Origin: Amoebidium appalachense
Lineage: Eukaryota; Protista; Ichthyosporea
Direction of reading: 5' to 3'
DNA: 64,000 nucleotides
NCBI GenBank assembly: GCA_963693365.1
Contig: CAVNZM010000007.1
Span: 3,023,979 to 3,087,978 of the forward strand
The position numbers were made by a program, and so were the translations under genes. The notes under the pieces are model-generated. The model worked only from the letters and a program-made list of their open reading frames with translations, did no database searches and was not told the DNA's origin. Below are positions 30,137 through 64,000 of the stretch, in pieces. Positions within the stretch are counted from its first letter, which is position 1. Each line of letters opens with the position of its first letter.

Positions 30137-30372
30137 GCCGCCTAGTCTAGCTATAGTGTCTAAAAGATCGAGCGATCACAGTCTACTACAGACGAATCTG
30201 GCCTCCCTAGAGACCCGCATGCATAAATAAATATGTATACCCGCGTACCCTCAAACATACAACATCGCGATCGACAGAGCACACCAGTTGAAATAACTAT
30301 CCTCAATTATGGTTGCAACATCTGAAGAATTGGGGATTCGGGTTATGAATGGATGGATGGCCACACGTCACA

Positions 30373-30674
30373 TTAAAGGGGGTTTCTTTTAGGTTTTCGG
30401 GCCGGGCCGGGTCAGAGGGAATTCTAGCTATATGATTGGCGTGCTGCGCATCAGCGCGCACCATCGTTTTGCCCGCAGCAAGGTTCAGATGCGCCATAAT
30501 ACAACAAAAAAGCAAAAGAAAAGAGAAAAAAAAGAAATAAGGAAGGTAAATATAATAATAAAGCGTTAGAAAGAAAATTGCAGTTTATATCGTGATTTAG
30601 ATGCTGAACAAATGGCTTGACCCGGATGTGCTGGAATGGGGACAATTAATCGGCCTAAAAGAAACCCCCTTAAA
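30373..30674. mobile_element. MITE copy A with TTAA-AGGG ends (Kolobok/T2-MITE-like)
   Basis: 18-bp perfect terminal inverted repeat aagggggtttcttttagg (30376-30393 / 30654-30671); internal cgggccgggtcaga and tatatgattgg shared, inverted, with the copy at 52038 and partly with the copy at 55299. Confidence 0.7.
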
Positions 30675-31130
30675 AATATATACTTATTTTATTGATATAT
30701 TTGAGGAGAATCGGGGAGGCCCTTGGGAGCACCAAACCGATCCAGTGCTGTTTAAAACTGCTGTTTAAATTTTAAAGGCACACCGTTTTCAGGGAGTCCG
30801 ATGCGGTACCTTACTTTGCAAGGTGTACTCTACATATATATCTAAATATAGTAATTCGAATATTTTCATACCAAAAACAACACGAAAAGGCTTAGCATGT
30901 AGCAGACAACTGACAAGTGCCAGTTATTTTAGTACCAAAAGAAAGAAAATGCAGATGAAATATACGGGAAAGTCTCAATCATTCACGGCCTACACCACCC
31001 CTCCTCATCAAAAGCACAACACATATCAAGAAGGCATACGATTGTCATTCGAGTAAATCTGAATCGCTTACTATGAAATTCGACTAACCCATTCAAAAAA
31101 CATAAAAGCTAGCAGTCGGCCCAGTAAACC

Positions 31131-31214
<84 letters not shown>

Positions 31215-31598
31215 CGCCAACGTTCGTGCAGGTGGGAGGACACACGAACCCTTCGGTAATATGGCCTGCTATATTTTCCCCCACTCTTTTTTCTGATTGC
31301 GTTACCCCCCCCCCCCCCCCCCCTCCCCCCTCCCCTCCCCTTCTCCCCCCCCCCCCCCCCCCCCCCCCTTCCCCCTCCTCCACATGCCCAACCACGAATA
31401 ACCCCACCCCCCACCCTGGTTCACACCCGTGCTGATATCTTCCACAACGGTGTCCCTCGCGCAGCCGTAGAACCGGCATATGACGAGGCAGAACCGACCC
31501 TATAGGGTTACAACCGACTCGACCAGGCAGAACCGGGTAGAAGGGGATAGAACCAAGCGGAAGGGGGTAGAACCGAGTTTGAGGGGGTGCATTGAATC

Positions 31599-63425
<31,827 letters not shown>

Positions 63426-63785
63426 CTTTAAAGTGAAAGATTTAGTTAGCGGGGTCAACATGGTAGGTTTGATGGACACCAGGTGGCACCAGAAAACATT
63501 TCGAAAAGCATGGGATGGCACCAATTTTAAAGAACATAAGAGGGTCCCAGAAAACCAACCTGCTGAACACCAGCCAACCAGGAATAAATAAAATTCAGAA
63601 TTGAGCAAAGCTTTGACTTGGTAGCTGCGATTGTGGTGGGTGGAGTTAGTAAAACAGCTGGGAGCAATGGAGAATGGAGGAGACGGCTGACGGGAAAGAG
63701 GTGGAAGGGAGGTGAAGGGAGAGGAGGAAGACGGGGAGGCGAAACAGAAAAAGGAAAACAATCGTATAAGGAGCCAAAGTGAGGG

Positions 63786-63835
<50 letters not shown>

Positions 63836-64000
63836 GGGGGGGGGGGGAGGGGGGGGGGGGGGGGGGGTGATGAGGCAGAAAAAAGGGGTGGTTGGGGCAG
63901 GGAAGGGAAGGGTGGGGTGGGGCCAAGAAGGAAGATATAGTTCTGTCTATGGGATAAGGGGGCCGGAAGAGAGGGGGGAGGGGGGGGGGGGGGGGGGGGG

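Overview
Eukaryotic nuclear DNA with GT-AG spliceosomal introns; no rRNA, tRNA or CRISPR is recognisable. The protein families would fit a unicellular opisthokont-like organism, but that is only an inference. Most of the ORF track is artefact of poly-G/poly-C, (CA)n/(GT)n and (CT)n tracts that fill the introns. Manual exon assembly gives: (1) two intronless paralogous transcription-factor-like genes (2383-4305 +, 26485-27657 -) sharing an atypical GATA-like finger, C-x7-C-x20/21-C-x2-H; (2) a frameshifted secreted protein with two 6-Cys modules (6883-7333 -); (3) an RBR (RING1-IBR-RING2) E3 ligase with several lesions (9356-13174 +); (4) an intact 4-exon nucleoredoxin/tryparedoxin-like WCGPC thioredoxin (14993-18897 -); (5) an intact 4-exon TLC-like multipass membrane protein (20269-24312 +); (6) a 5'-truncated phosphoinositide phospholipase C gene of at least 39 exons (31599-63425 -, >1680 aa) with the unusual architecture DEP-DEP-DEP-linker-PH-EF(WW insert)-X-Y-C2. 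The window also holds a foldback element, a 3-copy MITE family, minisatellites and repeated duplications of exon edges into neighbouring introns. The strongest novelty candidates are the triple-DEP/WW PLC and the CCCH GATA-like pair. All exon models were read by eye and need RNA-seq confirmation.
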